From assembly GCA_963725865.1 (NCBI GenBank), contig CAVSAC010000010.1:800001-864000 (forward strand): DNA of 64,000 nt. Reading direction: 5' to 3'. Shown piece by piece: positions 27,733-37,271 of this stretch (its first letter is position 1; every line of letters starts with the position of its first letter). Source of the stretch: Candidatus Eiseniibacteriota bacterium (GTDB lineage: Bacteria; Eisenbacteria; RBG-16-71-46). The position numbers and the translations under genes are program-made. The notes under the pieces were generated by a model. It was not told where the DNA came from, did not search any database, and saw only the letters and a program-made list of their open reading frames with translations.

Positions 27733-28761
27733 CTAGAACGCCAGTCCCACGGAGAATCGGTGCGTGCTGCCCAGCCGCCCGTGGTCGGCCCAGGCGTAGT
27801 CCACTCGATACGAATACACGTCCAGCTTGCCCTTCAGGCCGCCGCCGGCCGCGAGTCCGACCTCGGAGTCCTTTCCGATGAACGCGTCCTGATAGCCGAA
27901 GCGCACCGCCAGCATGTCGCGGACCTCGTACTCGGCGCCGCCGCTCAGGCTCTCGCTGTTGTCGTTCGGGTGCGTCGCGCTCACGGCGAGGGTGAGCCGC
28001 TGCCGATAGCCGACCCGCAGTGGCTTCGCCAGCCCGACGCGGAACCGCACCGGCACCGAGTACGAGTCCGTGAACACGTCGCCCGGCAGGTTGCCGTTGT
28101 CCCCGTTGACGTTCGTGTTCGCGTCGTACGTGATGCGAAGATCACGGCCCGAGAAGTTCCCCTGGGTGCCGAAATTCGTCAGGCTCGCTCCCAGCCGCAC
28201 GCCGTTCTCGGACGTCCGGAAGATGGTCCCGATGCTGACGGTTCCCGCCGACATCGTGGTGTGCCAGATGGTCTCCTGCAGGTAGTTGAACTGCACCCCG
28301 GCGGTGAAACGGTCGGTGACCGCGAGCCCGTAGCCGATGCCGAGCGCGAGGTCGTTGACCGAGAACTTCTCCCCCGTGCCGAGCGGCGCGTCCACGGTCC
28401 GCACGTCGAGGTCGCCGGAATTGAGCGCTGTCACGGTGGCGAAGCCGGTGCCCCAGCGGCCGAGCGGCAGCACGCCGGCGACGTAGTCGTACGAGATGTC
28501 CGCGAGCCAGGCGCTGTGGCTGAACTCGACGCCGTAACGATCGATGCGCCCGATCGCGGCCGCGTTGTAGTACACGGCATCGATGCCGTCGTCGAGCGCG
28601 ACTCCGGCATTGCCCAGGCCGGCGATCCGTGCGCTCGGCTCGATCTCGAGGAAGGTGCCGATGGTGGTCCCGGTCTTGGACTGTCCCCATACCGGCACGA
28701 CGGCGACACCCAGCAGCAGCATGGCCGCCACGATGGACTTGATCATGCGCGCCCCGTTCAC
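27733..28761 (-). CDS. PorV/PorQ-family outer-membrane beta-barrel
   Basis: 'FLEIEPSARIAGLGNA', 'YYNAA', 'FSHSAWLADISY', C-terminal 'VDYAW...LGSTHRFSVGLAF'. Confidence 0.85.
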   Translation of the reverse strand: MNGARMIKSIVAAMLLLGVAVVPVWGQSKTGTTIGTFLEIEPSARIAGLGNAGVALDDGIDAVYYNAAAIGRIDRYGVEFSHSAWLADISYDYVAGVLPLGRWGTGFATVTALNSGDLDVRTVDAPLGTGEKFSVNDLALGIGYGLAVTDRFTAGVQFNYLQETIWHTTMSAGTVSIGTIFRTSENGVRLGASLTNFGTQGNFSGRDLRITYDANTNVNGDNGNLPGDVFTDSYSVPVRFRVGLAKPLRVGYRQRLTLAVSATHPNDNSESLSGGAEYEVRDMLAVRFGYQDAFIGKDSEVGLAAGGGLKGKLDVYSYRVDYAWADHGRLGSTHRFSVGLAF

Positions 28762-31700
28762 TTGATCACCGCGAACTTGCCCACGTACTCCCCGAGCCCC
28801 GGGGCGTCGACGTGGAAGATGTAGAGCCCCGGCGCGACGTCCAGGTTGTCCTTGGTCCGGAGATTCCAGGGCGTGAAGCCGCTGTTGGAGCCATCCTGGC
28901 GCAGCGTCTGCACCAGGTCGCCGTGGACCGTGTAGATGCGGACCACGGCTCCGAGCGGCAGCGCGCGGAACTCCACGCGGCGCTCGCCGCGGCCCGAGGT
29001 GGCGAAGCGCGCCGGCTCGAAGGACGCCGAGCCCAGGTACGGATTCGGCACCACGTAGGGCTTCTGGCTCCAGGCTCCCTTCGCCGCGGCCGGGTCGATG
29101 CGCTGACCGACCGTCGTGAACGTGAGCGTGTCTCCGAGCGTGTAGGGGTGCCGTACCTTCAGCTCGAACACGTCACCGATCGTCGGGGCGATCACGGGTT
29201 GCGGCAGGCCGACGCCGCTGGTGTCGAACTTGACCTCCCAAGTAGCGAGCGAGTCCAGCCCGCTAGGGGGGGCCACCGGCACTCCTGGCGCGTCGGTCAA
29301 GATCCAGATGAACTCGCCCGGCTTGTCCAGCGTCCCGTTGGTCGGCGCCAGCTCGTTGTAGAGGAAGCGCAGTCGGCGGTCGCCGGAGTCGGTGTGCGCG
29401 GTGATGAAGAACTTCGCCGGCACGTGGGTCCGCCACTGGAACGAGGTCGTCACCTGCGACGTGTCGCGATAGGTGCTGTCGAACGTGATCGTGATGTTGT
29501 CGGGATATCCGGGCCGCCGCAGATTGCGCTCCAGCGTGGTGAGCGTGGTGGTCTTCAGGCGCACGTTCGCCGAGCTCGTCGCCGTGAAGTGGGTGTTCAC
29601 GGAGTCGAGCACGGGAATCACCGGAATCCCCACGATCGGCAGGAGCCCGAGCGCGGTGGGCCCGATGCCCTCGCCATCCAGGTCGAATCCGCTCTTGAAC
29701 AGCAGCCTGTGCGTGTTGTCGTCGATCAGGCTGTAGGACGTGGCCCGGATGCTGTCCGGGGCGGGGATCGCGAACCCGATCTTGAACAGGTGGCCGTCCG
29801 GGACGACCGCCGGATTCACGATCTCGACCCGCGCGGTTCCGCTGCCGGTGCCCGAGAAGGGCTGGACCGCGGCGGCGCTCGGCGGCGTCCAGCCTCCGGT
29901 CTTGGGCTCGGGGCGCACCGCGACCACGTCGCGCGGCAGGATGACGCCGCCGCGGGGTGTCCGTGACACCGTGATCGCGTTCTCCGAAGGGAAGAACGCG
30001 AGCGAGTCGGGCGTGTCCGGCGGCGAGCCGAAGTCGTAGGCGGTCACCGCATAGTAGTAGAGTTGCCCGTTCACCGCCGTGGAGTCGGTCCAGTAGTGCC
30101 TGATCCCGGTCTCGTTGCCGAGGAAGTACGCCACGCCCTCCACGGTGAAGCGCGAGTTCCCGCGGATGCCGTCCTTCAGGTCGAGCTGGAGGTCCGGATC
30201 GCCGTTCTGCGGCAGCTCGTTGCCGCGACTCGAGACCAGCACCTTCTTGTCCCGGAAGTCGGGGTCGGTCGAGCGGTAGACGCGGTAGCCCTCGAAGTCG
30301 AAGACGTTCGTCACCGGGTCGGGCGACAGCTCCGCGGCATCGTCCCACGCCAGCATCACCTTGTGGTCGCCCACGTCGGCCGTCACCGTCGGGAGTGTCG
30401 GCGGCACGGCGAACTGGTAGTTCGCGTTGTAGATCAGCTGCACGGTGTGAATGGTCTCGCGCAGGCCGAACAGGTCGTCGCCGAACCCCAGCGCGAGGCT
30501 GAAGCGCTCGCGCAGGTGCGAGCGGAGCTGGAACGGCCCCGACGCGAAGAAGAACCCGATGTTGTAGTTCAGCGCGACCGCGGAGTCGAAGCGCGCCGCC
30601 ACATTGGATGCGGTGAACTTCGCATACAGCTCGCGGGGTCCGTCCCAGCCGCTGAGCTCGAAGAACACGACGTGATCGAGCGGGTTGGAGGTACTGACGG
30701 GCCCGATGCGGTTCATCTTGAAGCCCGTCAGCCCGATCAGGTCAGACTCGTCGATGTCCGTCCGATCGAACGCCGGCTCGCCCGCGGTCGGCTCGCCGTC
30801 GCCCTCGCCGACGTCGTGCGTGTTGGGGACCCCATCCACGCCGACGTCGCTGTAGTCGGGGCTCCAGTCCAGGTCCTCGTCCCCGGTCCACCAGCGGCTG
30901 GCGCGGTAAGCCGGCCGGTTCTCCAGCGGCCCGAACGCCGCGACGAACTTGGCCATGTCGTAGTGCGTGTTCACGTAGTCGCGGATGCTGTCGCGCCCAG
31001 TGATGATGAAGCCCTTGCCCGAGTCCCGTGCCTCGTCGACGATGCCGTCGTTGTCGTTGTCGGCGCCGTCGAACGGATTGCCCGGCGTCTCGAGGTACGC
31101 ATAGCCGAGGTAACCGGTCGGAGCGCAGCGGCTGGCGAGGTCCACGCCATTGCCGTTGTTGTCCCAAGTGTAGACCAGGTTCAGGCCGAAGGACTTGTCG
31201 AAGTAGGCGTTGTCGTCGTCGGACTCGTAGTTCTGGTTGCAGCTCGAGAGCGCCGAGCCGCCGACACCCGAGTCCATGTAGAGCCCGAAGATGACGTTGT
31301 TGTCGTAGTTGACCGTCCCCTCATTCGTGATGTCGTAGTGCCAGAAGATCACGTTCCCGGCCTGCGGATTCGCCCACTGGAATCCACGCACCTCGACGCG
31401 CAGGCCCAACCCGCGGCGCGTGTCGTCCGTCGAATCGGGAAAGTAGTCGAACCAGTAGTCGTACATGTCGTCGTCCATGACCGTGAACGACTCCTGATCG
31501 GCGGCCGGCCGCTTGCCGAAGTAGCCGTCCCACGACTTCGGCCAGCCCGGGTCGGTGACGTCGTCCAGCTTGTCCGGCCACCGGTCCGGCCAGGTGCGCG
31601 CGTCGTGACTCATCGCGACCGAGCGTCCCTGGTTGATGCCGAGGTTGGACTGGAAGTACCCGGGCCGCGGCTCGAAGCGGATCATCTGCGTCAGCGCGTT

Positions 31701-32060
31701 GAACGCCTGGCGCTCGCGGTAGCCGGTCTCCATGATGTACGGGTACTCAACCACGTCTTGGAGCTGGACGAGCACGAACGGCGTGATGCCGTCGCTGTAG
31801 TTCATGCCGGTGCCCCGCGGCACCTCGACCGAGTGGAACGACGTCAGGTCCACGTCGGAGCCCTGGAAATCCCCGACCATGCCGAAGTTGTAGAACAGCG
31901 TGCGGAGGTTGTTCGCGTCGTGCTGGCCCGAGTGCTCGTACTGACCTCCGTTGCTGCGCTCGGCTTTCGGTACCGGCAGCGGCACGTCGGCGGCTGCAGC
32001 ACCCGCGAGCAGGGACAGAGTCAGCAGCGCGATCGGGATACCGGAACGGATGCCATTCAT
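28758..32060 (-). CDS. Large secreted hypothetical protein (~1100 aa) with FN3-like region and C-terminal sorting-like domain
   Basis: GAGGGAG RBS before ATG 32060; signal peptide; DxDxDG Ca-binding-like motif; 'DFEGYRVYRS...YYYAVTAYD'; C-terminal 'VVPNPY...WNLRTKDNLDVAPGLYIFHV...GKFAVIK'. Confidence 0.85.
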   Translation of the reverse strand: MNGIRSGIPIALLTLSLLAGAAAADVPLPVPKAERSNGGQYEHSGQHDANNLRTLFYNFGMVGDFQGSDVDLTSFHSVEVPRGTGMNYSDGITPFVLVQLQDVVEYPYIMETGYRERQAFNALTQMIRFEPRPGYFQSNLGINQGRSVAMSHDARTWPDRWPDKLDDVTDPGWPKSWDGYFGKRPAADQESFTVMDDDMYDYWFDYFPDSTDDTRRGLGLRVEVRGFQWANPQAGNVIFWHYDITNEGTVNYDNNVIFGLYMDSGVGGSALSSCNQNYESDDDNAYFDKSFGLNLVYTWDNNGNGVDLASRCAPTGYLGYAYLETPGNPFDGADNDNDGIVDEARDSGKGFIITGRDSIRDYVNTHYDMAKFVAAFGPLENRPAYRASRWWTGDEDLDWSPDYSDVGVDGVPNTHDVGEGDGEPTAGEPAFDRTDIDESDLIGLTGFKMNRIGPVSTSNPLDHVVFFELSGWDGPRELYAKFTASNVAARFDSAVALNYNIGFFFASGPFQLRSHLRERFSLALGFGDDLFGLRETIHTVQLIYNANYQFAVPPTLPTVTADVGDHKVMLAWDDAAELSPDPVTNVFDFEGYRVYRSTDPDFRDKKVLVSSRGNELPQNGDPDLQLDLKDGIRGNSRFTVEGVAYFLGNETGIRHYWTDSTAVNGQLYYYAVTAYDFGSPPDTPDSLAFFPSENAITVSRTPRGGVILPRDVVAVRPEPKTGGWTPPSAAAVQPFSGTGSGTARVEIVNPAVVPDGHLFKIGFAIPAPDSIRATSYSLIDDNTHRLLFKSGFDLDGEGIGPTALGLLPIVGIPVIPVLDSVNTHFTATSSANVRLKTTTLTTLERNLRRPGYPDNITITFDSTYRDTSQVTTSFQWRTHVPAKFFITAHTDSGDRRLRFLYNELAPTNGTLDKPGEFIWILTDAPGVPVAPPSGLDSLATWEVKFDTSGVGLPQPVIAPTIGDVFELKVRHPYTLGDTLTFTTVGQRIDPAAAKGAWSQKPYVVPNPYLGSASFEPARFATSGRGERRVEFRALPLGAVVRIYTVHGDLVQTLRQDGSNSGFTPWNLRTKDNLDVAPGLYIFHVDAPGLGEYVGKFAVIK

Positions 32061-32089
32061 CTGCTCCCTCGACTGGGCGGCGCGCGGGG

Positions 32090-34774
32090 TCATTCCCCCA
32101 CCCCCACCGTGAGCCCCACCTCGACGCGACGCGGCGCGTAGTACCGCGTCGGATTGGCGAGCTGGTCGCGCTCGGCGCCGGGGAAGCGCGTGTAGTAAGG
32201 GTCCCCGCTGGTCGAGAACACGTCGCCATTGAAGAACCGTGAATCGAGCGCGTTGAACACGCGCAGGAACACGCTGCCGCGTGCTCCCGCCATCTGCACC
32301 TGCTTCTCGCCGCGGACGTCCACCACCATGCTGATCGGCTTGCGCCCGGAATTCGACTCCAGTCCGGCGCCGAATCCGACCGTGGTGTTCGGCGTGTAGG
32401 GCTGGCCGCTCGCGATCCGGACGATCGTGCTCAGCGCGTAGTCCTTGTCCTTGGACAGCGTCACCGTCCCGTTGAGCGTGTGGCGCTGATCCCAGTTGAA
32501 CGGCACCTGGCGGGGCAGCGGATCCTCGCCCGCCGCGGCGCGCGTGTAGGTGTCCTTGGGGTCACTCGAGTTGCCGATCGCGGACTGCCACGTGTAGTCG
32601 AGCGAGGTGCTGAGCAGGCCGCGGCGGCGCTGATCGAGCGTGAGCGTGACGCCGATCACGTTGCCGAAGTCCACGTTGGTGAGGTGGCCGTAGATCGCCC
32701 CGTTGTAGGTCTCGATGATCTCCACGCCGATCAGGTCGCGGATGTCCTTGTAGAACACGGTGAGGTCCATCCCCAGCCATTCGGCCAGCGCCTGCTTGTA
32801 GCCGAACTGGTACTGCACGGTCTGCTCGGGCCGGATGTCAGGGTTGCCCATCACGGGAGTGCTGGAGAGGTCCGTCGCGGCCTGGATGCCCTTCAGGCGT
32901 CCGAAGTCGGCGTTCTCGAACACGGTCCCGATGGCGGGCATCTGGAAGAAGTGCCCGTACGCGAAGAACAGCGCTGCATCCCGCGTCACCGGATACGAGA
33001 CGCCGAAGCGCGGCGAGACCGAGGTCTTGCGGCTCGCCGCCTGGGCGTGCGACAGCGGCTGGTCGGTGAGGTCGTTGGCGGGATTCGCCAGGTCGCTCGG
33101 CTGGCTCGCGCGCGCGTTGAAGTAGTCGAAGCGCAGGCCACCGCGCAGCCGCAGGTCGTTCCACTCGAACTCGTCCTGCGCGAACATCGCGGCCTGGTAT
33201 GGCCGGTATTGCCGCGATGCCGGGTAGAACGGCGGCTCGTCGAGGTGGCGGGTGAGCCGGCCGTTCTGGAATGCGAGCGTGCCCTGGTTGCCGAACGTGA
33301 TCTGGGGCCACTGCAGCTCGCCCCCGACCTTGAACTGCTGATCGCGGGTGATCTGGGCCACGAACGATCCCTTGATGACGCGAGTGTCGCTCTTCTGGAC
33401 GAAGCGCGTGAACTGCACGCCCTGCACGACCGCGTTGTACTCGTAGGTCGAGTCGGCCGGGAACGTCTGGCCGGCGGCATCGTAGCGGGGATCGCCGAGA
33501 CGATCGTAGAGCCGGTCGTGATAGTCGAAGTAGTTCTGCCGGAAGCTGAGCGAGTAGTACGTCTTGTGCGAGAGCGTGTGCGTGAGGTCGAGCCCGTGGG
33601 ACACCGAGAAGGTGTGGCGCTTGCTGATGCCATCGGGGTTGAGGCGCATGGCCCAGGTCATCGGGCGGGCGTCGACGACGTTCCACACCGCCTGGTAGTT
33701 GAACTCCATGCTCTTGAGCGACCGGTTGGTGAGCTTGCCCACTCCGGACCACTCGCGCGAGTAGGCCAGCGGCTCGCGCTTTCCGCTGCCGTCGGGGTGC
33801 AGGACCTTGTACACCATCGAGGAGTTCCCGCCGCGCACCGAGTCGGGGATCGCCCACGGCGAGAAGCGCTTCTCGGCCATGACGTAGTCGTCGAACTGGT
33901 AGCGCCGCCCACTCAGCAGGAAGTAGGTCCTGGGCAGGCCGGTCGGTCCGCTGAGGCTGAGCTGATAGTTCTGCGTCCCGCCGGGGTTGAACTCGTACTC
34001 GAGCGCGCGCCGGGCGCCGCCCGCGAACAGGAAGCCGCCGTCCATCAGCTCGGCGTCCCAGCGGAACTGCTCGGTGCCGCGGCGCAGCACGGCGTTCACC
34101 ACGCCGCTCATGGCCTGGCCGTATTCCGCATCGAACGTGCCGCTGATGACCTGCACTTCCTCGAGCAGCGAGCGGTCGATGCGCAGGCTGGACTTGTTGT
34201 CGTAAGCGTTGTTCACCGAGACGCCGTCCACCTGGTACTGCACCTCGCCGATGCGGCCGCCGCGGAAGTGGCCGTCCACCACGCCCGCCTGCAGATTCAC
34301 GACGTCCGCCAGCTCCTGCACGGGCAGCGAGTTGATCTGCGCGCGGTCCACCGCGGCCATGTTGCTGGTGAGCTTGAGGTCCACGACCGGGCGCTGGGCG
34401 CTGACCACGACCTCGTCCATCGCGACCGGCGCTTCCTCGAGCGGAAGATCGAGCGGCGTGGTGTTGTCGGAGGAGACGACGACACCGGTCACCGTGGTGA
34501 CGCGGTAGCCGAGCAGGCTGACCTTGACGTCGTAGGCCCCCGCCGGGAGGTTGAGGATCGCGAAGCGCCCGTCCGCGTCCGTCACGGCGCCAGTGTGCGC
34601 GGCCGGGATGGCGACGTTGACGCCTTCCAGGGGCTGCTTCGATTTCTTCTCGACGATGCGGCCCGCGATCTTCCCGGTGGTACCGGCGCGCGCCGCTCCG
34701 GGGATCAGGACGCTCAGGAGTGCCAGGGCCGCGGTGACGTGGAACAGGTTCCTTCCGATGCGCCGGAGCTGCAT
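32090..34774 (-). CDS. TonB-dependent receptor with N-terminal carboxypeptidase-regulatory-like domain
   Basis: 'GTTGKIAG', plug 'HFRGGR..EVQYQVDG', 'ISGTFDAEYGQAMSGVVN', 'GNPDIRPEQT', 'WDQRHT'. Confidence 0.92.
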   Translation of the reverse strand: MQLRRIGRNLFHVTAALALLSVLIPGAARAGTTGKIAGRIVEKKSKQPLEGVNVAIPAAHTGAVTDADGRFAILNLPAGAYDVKVSLLGYRVTTVTGVVVSSDNTTPLDLPLEEAPVAMDEVVVSAQRPVVDLKLTSNMAAVDRAQINSLPVQELADVVNLQAGVVDGHFRGGRIGEVQYQVDGVSVNNAYDNKSSLRIDRSLLEEVQVISGTFDAEYGQAMSGVVNAVLRRGTEQFRWDAELMDGGFLFAGGARRALEYEFNPGGTQNYQLSLSGPTGLPRTYFLLSGRRYQFDDYVMAEKRFSPWAIPDSVRGGNSSMVYKVLHPDGSGKREPLAYSREWSGVGKLTNRSLKSMEFNYQAVWNVVDARPMTWAMRLNPDGISKRHTFSVSHGLDLTHTLSHKTYYSLSFRQNYFDYHDRLYDRLGDPRYDAAGQTFPADSTYEYNAVVQGVQFTRFVQKSDTRVIKGSFVAQITRDQQFKVGGELQWPQITFGNQGTLAFQNGRLTRHLDEPPFYPASRQYRPYQAAMFAQDEFEWNDLRLRGGLRFDYFNARASQPSDLANPANDLTDQPLSHAQAASRKTSVSPRFGVSYPVTRDAALFFAYGHFFQMPAIGTVFENADFGRLKGIQAATDLSSTPVMGNPDIRPEQTVQYQFGYKQALAEWLGMDLTVFYKDIRDLIGVEIIETYNGAIYGHLTNVDFGNVIGVTLTLDQRRRGLLSTSLDYTWQSAIGNSSDPKDTYTRAAAGEDPLPRQVPFNWDQRHTLNGTVTLSKDKDYALSTIVRIASGQPYTPNTTVGFGAGLESNSGRKPISMVVDVRGEKQVQMAGARGSVFLRVFNALDSRFFNGDVFSTSGDPYYTRFPGAERDQLANPTRYYAPRRVEVGLTVGVGE

Positions 34775-34868
34775 GGCGCTGGGTCCCTCGACTTTCCGGG
34801 AGGAGACGAGCCCCGGCGGGGCGGACGGTTCGTGGTCCGCCCCGGCCGGGACCGTCACGGCCGACGGC

Positions 34869-36797
34869 TCACTTCAGGATCAACAGCTTGCCATTGAGAT
34901 CGTCCTGCCCAGCCCCGCTGACCGGGTCGGCGATGCGGATGCGATAGAGGTAGAGCCCGGCCCCCAGCGACCCGCGCGTGAACGTGGTCTGCTGCGTCCC
35001 CGCGGACTGTACGCCCAGCGGACGCGTGGCCACGATGCGCCCCTGCACGTCGTAGACCTCGAGCGCCACGCGGCTCGGCCGGGCCAGAGCGTACCGCAGC
35101 TGCGTCACCTGGCGGAACGGGTTCGGCGCGTTCGCCAGCAGCATCGACCGCGCCGGCGCCAGCGGCGAGCCGTCGACGTCGAGCGTGATGTACGAGTTCG
35201 GATCCAGGTAGCCATTGGCCGGACAGCAGCGATGCTCGCGCTCGCGAGCGAACCACGCCCGCGTCCCGTACGAGGACGTGAACGGGGTGAACGAATCGCC
35301 GTCGTAGAGCGTGACGCCGAACCAGAGCGTGTGGTCCCCGAGTCCGTGCGGGTAGCCGAGCTTCGTCAGGTCGACCGCCAGTTCGGCGGTGTAGCCCGCG
35401 TCGATGTCGAGGCCGAGCGTGTCGACGGTGGTACCGGGCTTGAGCTTGAGCGCGACCCGCGCGCCGCCGACGGTGTCCTTCAGGAACGGCAGGTACTCCA
35501 TCGCCATCGCGGCGCCCGTCGGACCGACGATGAACGTGAGTGGACGTGAATCCAGGTTGCGGTCGGTGTAGCGCGCGACCCGGTCCTGGATGCTCACGCG
35601 GAAGCCGTCCCAGCGATCCTCCAGCGGGTAGTACTGCACCAGCGCGTCGCGCACGTCGAAGCCCATGTAGAGGGTGTCGTCCTTGAAGAATGTGCGGACC
35701 GTGGCGTCCCCGGGATCGAGCACCGGAGCCTGGAAGCCCAGCACCGACGGCTGGTAGTCGCCGGCGCGCCACCGCATCACGCCGTTGTAGGCCGAGCGCG
35801 ACGCCGGGTCTCCGTACTTGATCACGATCGAGTCGGCGCGGGCCCAGGCCGCCTCGGTCAGGTTGCCGTCGATGGTGGGCGGCGGCAGCGCGCCCAGGTT
35901 CCGGACCGTGAACTCCGGTGCGAACCCCGGCAACGCGCCCGAGGTGGTCGTCACGTCGTCACGTCCGTGGATCCGAACCTCGTCGTACCACAGGTCGTTA
36001 CCCCACGGACTCTGCCACCAGGTGCGGTTGGACGAGAATCGGAACAGGTTCTGCGGCCAGAACCAGTCGGTGTCGTAGATCGAGATGTTCCATTCGAAGA
36101 TGTCGCCGCCGGCCTGGGTGAAGTCGTAGCCGGTCGAGGAGACGTCGAAGCGCATCTCCACGGTATAGCCCGAGTCCTGAGTCGCCACCGCGGGCGCCAC
36201 GTTGAGCACGGTGTCGCAGTTCGAGAGTCCGCCCCGCACCTTGGTGAAGGCCTCCCACGCCTGGATCTGGGCGGCGGTGCGCGCCACCGTGTCCTGGGCG
36301 CCGAACTCGCCACGGTAGCCGGGGTCCGAGCCCGCGACGTTGAGCGACGCGAGCTCGGGGTGCCACCACGAGTAGAAGTGCTCGATCGGACCATTCGCCG
36401 ACGCGAGCGGATTGCGATGGTCCTTCACCGCCATCAGGAATCCGTCGAGGCGGTTGAACAACGCCGAGCCGCCGACCGACGAGTCCCGCACCGTGGCCGC
36501 CATGTAGAGGTTGTTGCCGTTGCGCAGGAACTTGAGCCAGGCGACGGTGCTGTCCTTCGCGAGTCTTCCGCCCTCCTCCTTGTAGCCGCTGCCCGGGATG
36601 CCGTTGTCCTTGCCATAGCGGACCAGCACCGACTCCGCCTTGGCCCAGTCCGGCTCGTCGAGGACACCATCCAGCTTGATCGGCGAACTGGTCGCGCGCG
36701 CCCAGATGGCGTCGAGGCTCGGAGCCTGCGCAAACGCCGGAGCAGCGAACACGAGCAGCGCGCCCAGGAGCGTCAGAACGACGATGCGTGCTCTCAT
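34869..36797 (-). CDS. Secreted tandem CBM9/DOMON-like protein with C-terminal T9SS/FlgD-like domain
   Basis: GGGAGG RBS; two repeats starting 'IKLDGVLDEPDW' and 'TIDGNLTEAAW', each with 'GY(T)xE'; C-terminal 'NAPNPF...VYDVQGR...GLYLYR'. Confidence 0.8.
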   Translation of the reverse strand: MRARIVVLTLLGALLVFAAPAFAQAPSLDAIWARATSSPIKLDGVLDEPDWAKAESVLVRYGKDNGIPGSGYKEEGGRLAKDSTVAWLKFLRNGNNLYMAATVRDSSVGGSALFNRLDGFLMAVKDHRNPLASANGPIEHFYSWWHPELASLNVAGSDPGYRGEFGAQDTVARTAAQIQAWEAFTKVRGGLSNCDTVLNVAPAVATQDSGYTVEMRFDVSSTGYDFTQAGGDIFEWNISIYDTDWFWPQNLFRFSSNRTWWQSPWGNDLWYDEVRIHGRDDVTTTSGALPGFAPEFTVRNLGALPPPTIDGNLTEAAWARADSIVIKYGDPASRSAYNGVMRWRAGDYQPSVLGFQAPVLDPGDATVRTFFKDDTLYMGFDVRDALVQYYPLEDRWDGFRVSIQDRVARYTDRNLDSRPLTFIVGPTGAAMAMEYLPFLKDTVGGARVALKLKPGTTVDTLGLDIDAGYTAELAVDLTKLGYPHGLGDHTLWFGVTLYDGDSFTPFTSSYGTRAWFAREREHRCCPANGYLDPNSYITLDVDGSPLAPARSMLLANAPNPFRQVTQLRYALARPSRVALEVYDVQGRIVATRPLGVQSAGTQQTTFTRGSLGAGLYLYRIRIADPVSGAGQDDLNGKLLILK

Positions 36798-36947
36798 GGG
36801 TGCAACCTCCCTGTGAAGCGTGAGACGTGGACCGGGACGATGGTTGGGCATCATGATGGGACCACGCGCGGCGGTGCGTCGAGGGCGGGGACGGATCTCG
36901 AAGGCAGGGCGTCGCGACGTCCCATGATGAGCGGCCACCAGCAACCA

Positions 36948-36982
36948 TGAAAACGGTTACATAGTTGTCGCGGCGGCGTCAA
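36948..36982 (-). promoter_or_regulatory. -35 TTGACG (36982-36977) with LacI operator TGTAACCGTTTTCA (36961-36948) over the -10 position
   Basis: + strand TGAAAACGGTTACA is 13/14 identical to the 10792 operator; heads the ~20 kb minus-strand gene run. Confidence 0.78.
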
Positions 36983-37271
36983 GGAAGGACTCGTCAGAAG
37001 GGCGTCGAGACGCTCGAAGTGTCGTCCTGCGGTCCACCGCAGGCCGTCCCGCTCGTGTCCCAATGGCCCGGAATCGCCGCCACCGGTGCTCGGACGGCCG
37101 TTCGTGGCCCCATTCGCCCGACCGAGCGCCGCCGTGCCCGTGCCGCGTGCGGCGGGTCGGAGGCACTGGAGTCCCAGGCGCGATCCGGGAGCGCGTCCCC
37201 CCGGCTCTGCTAACGTGCCGCGCGATCCGACCACCGCTGGGGACTCCGATGGCTACTCGACACCCGCTTCC

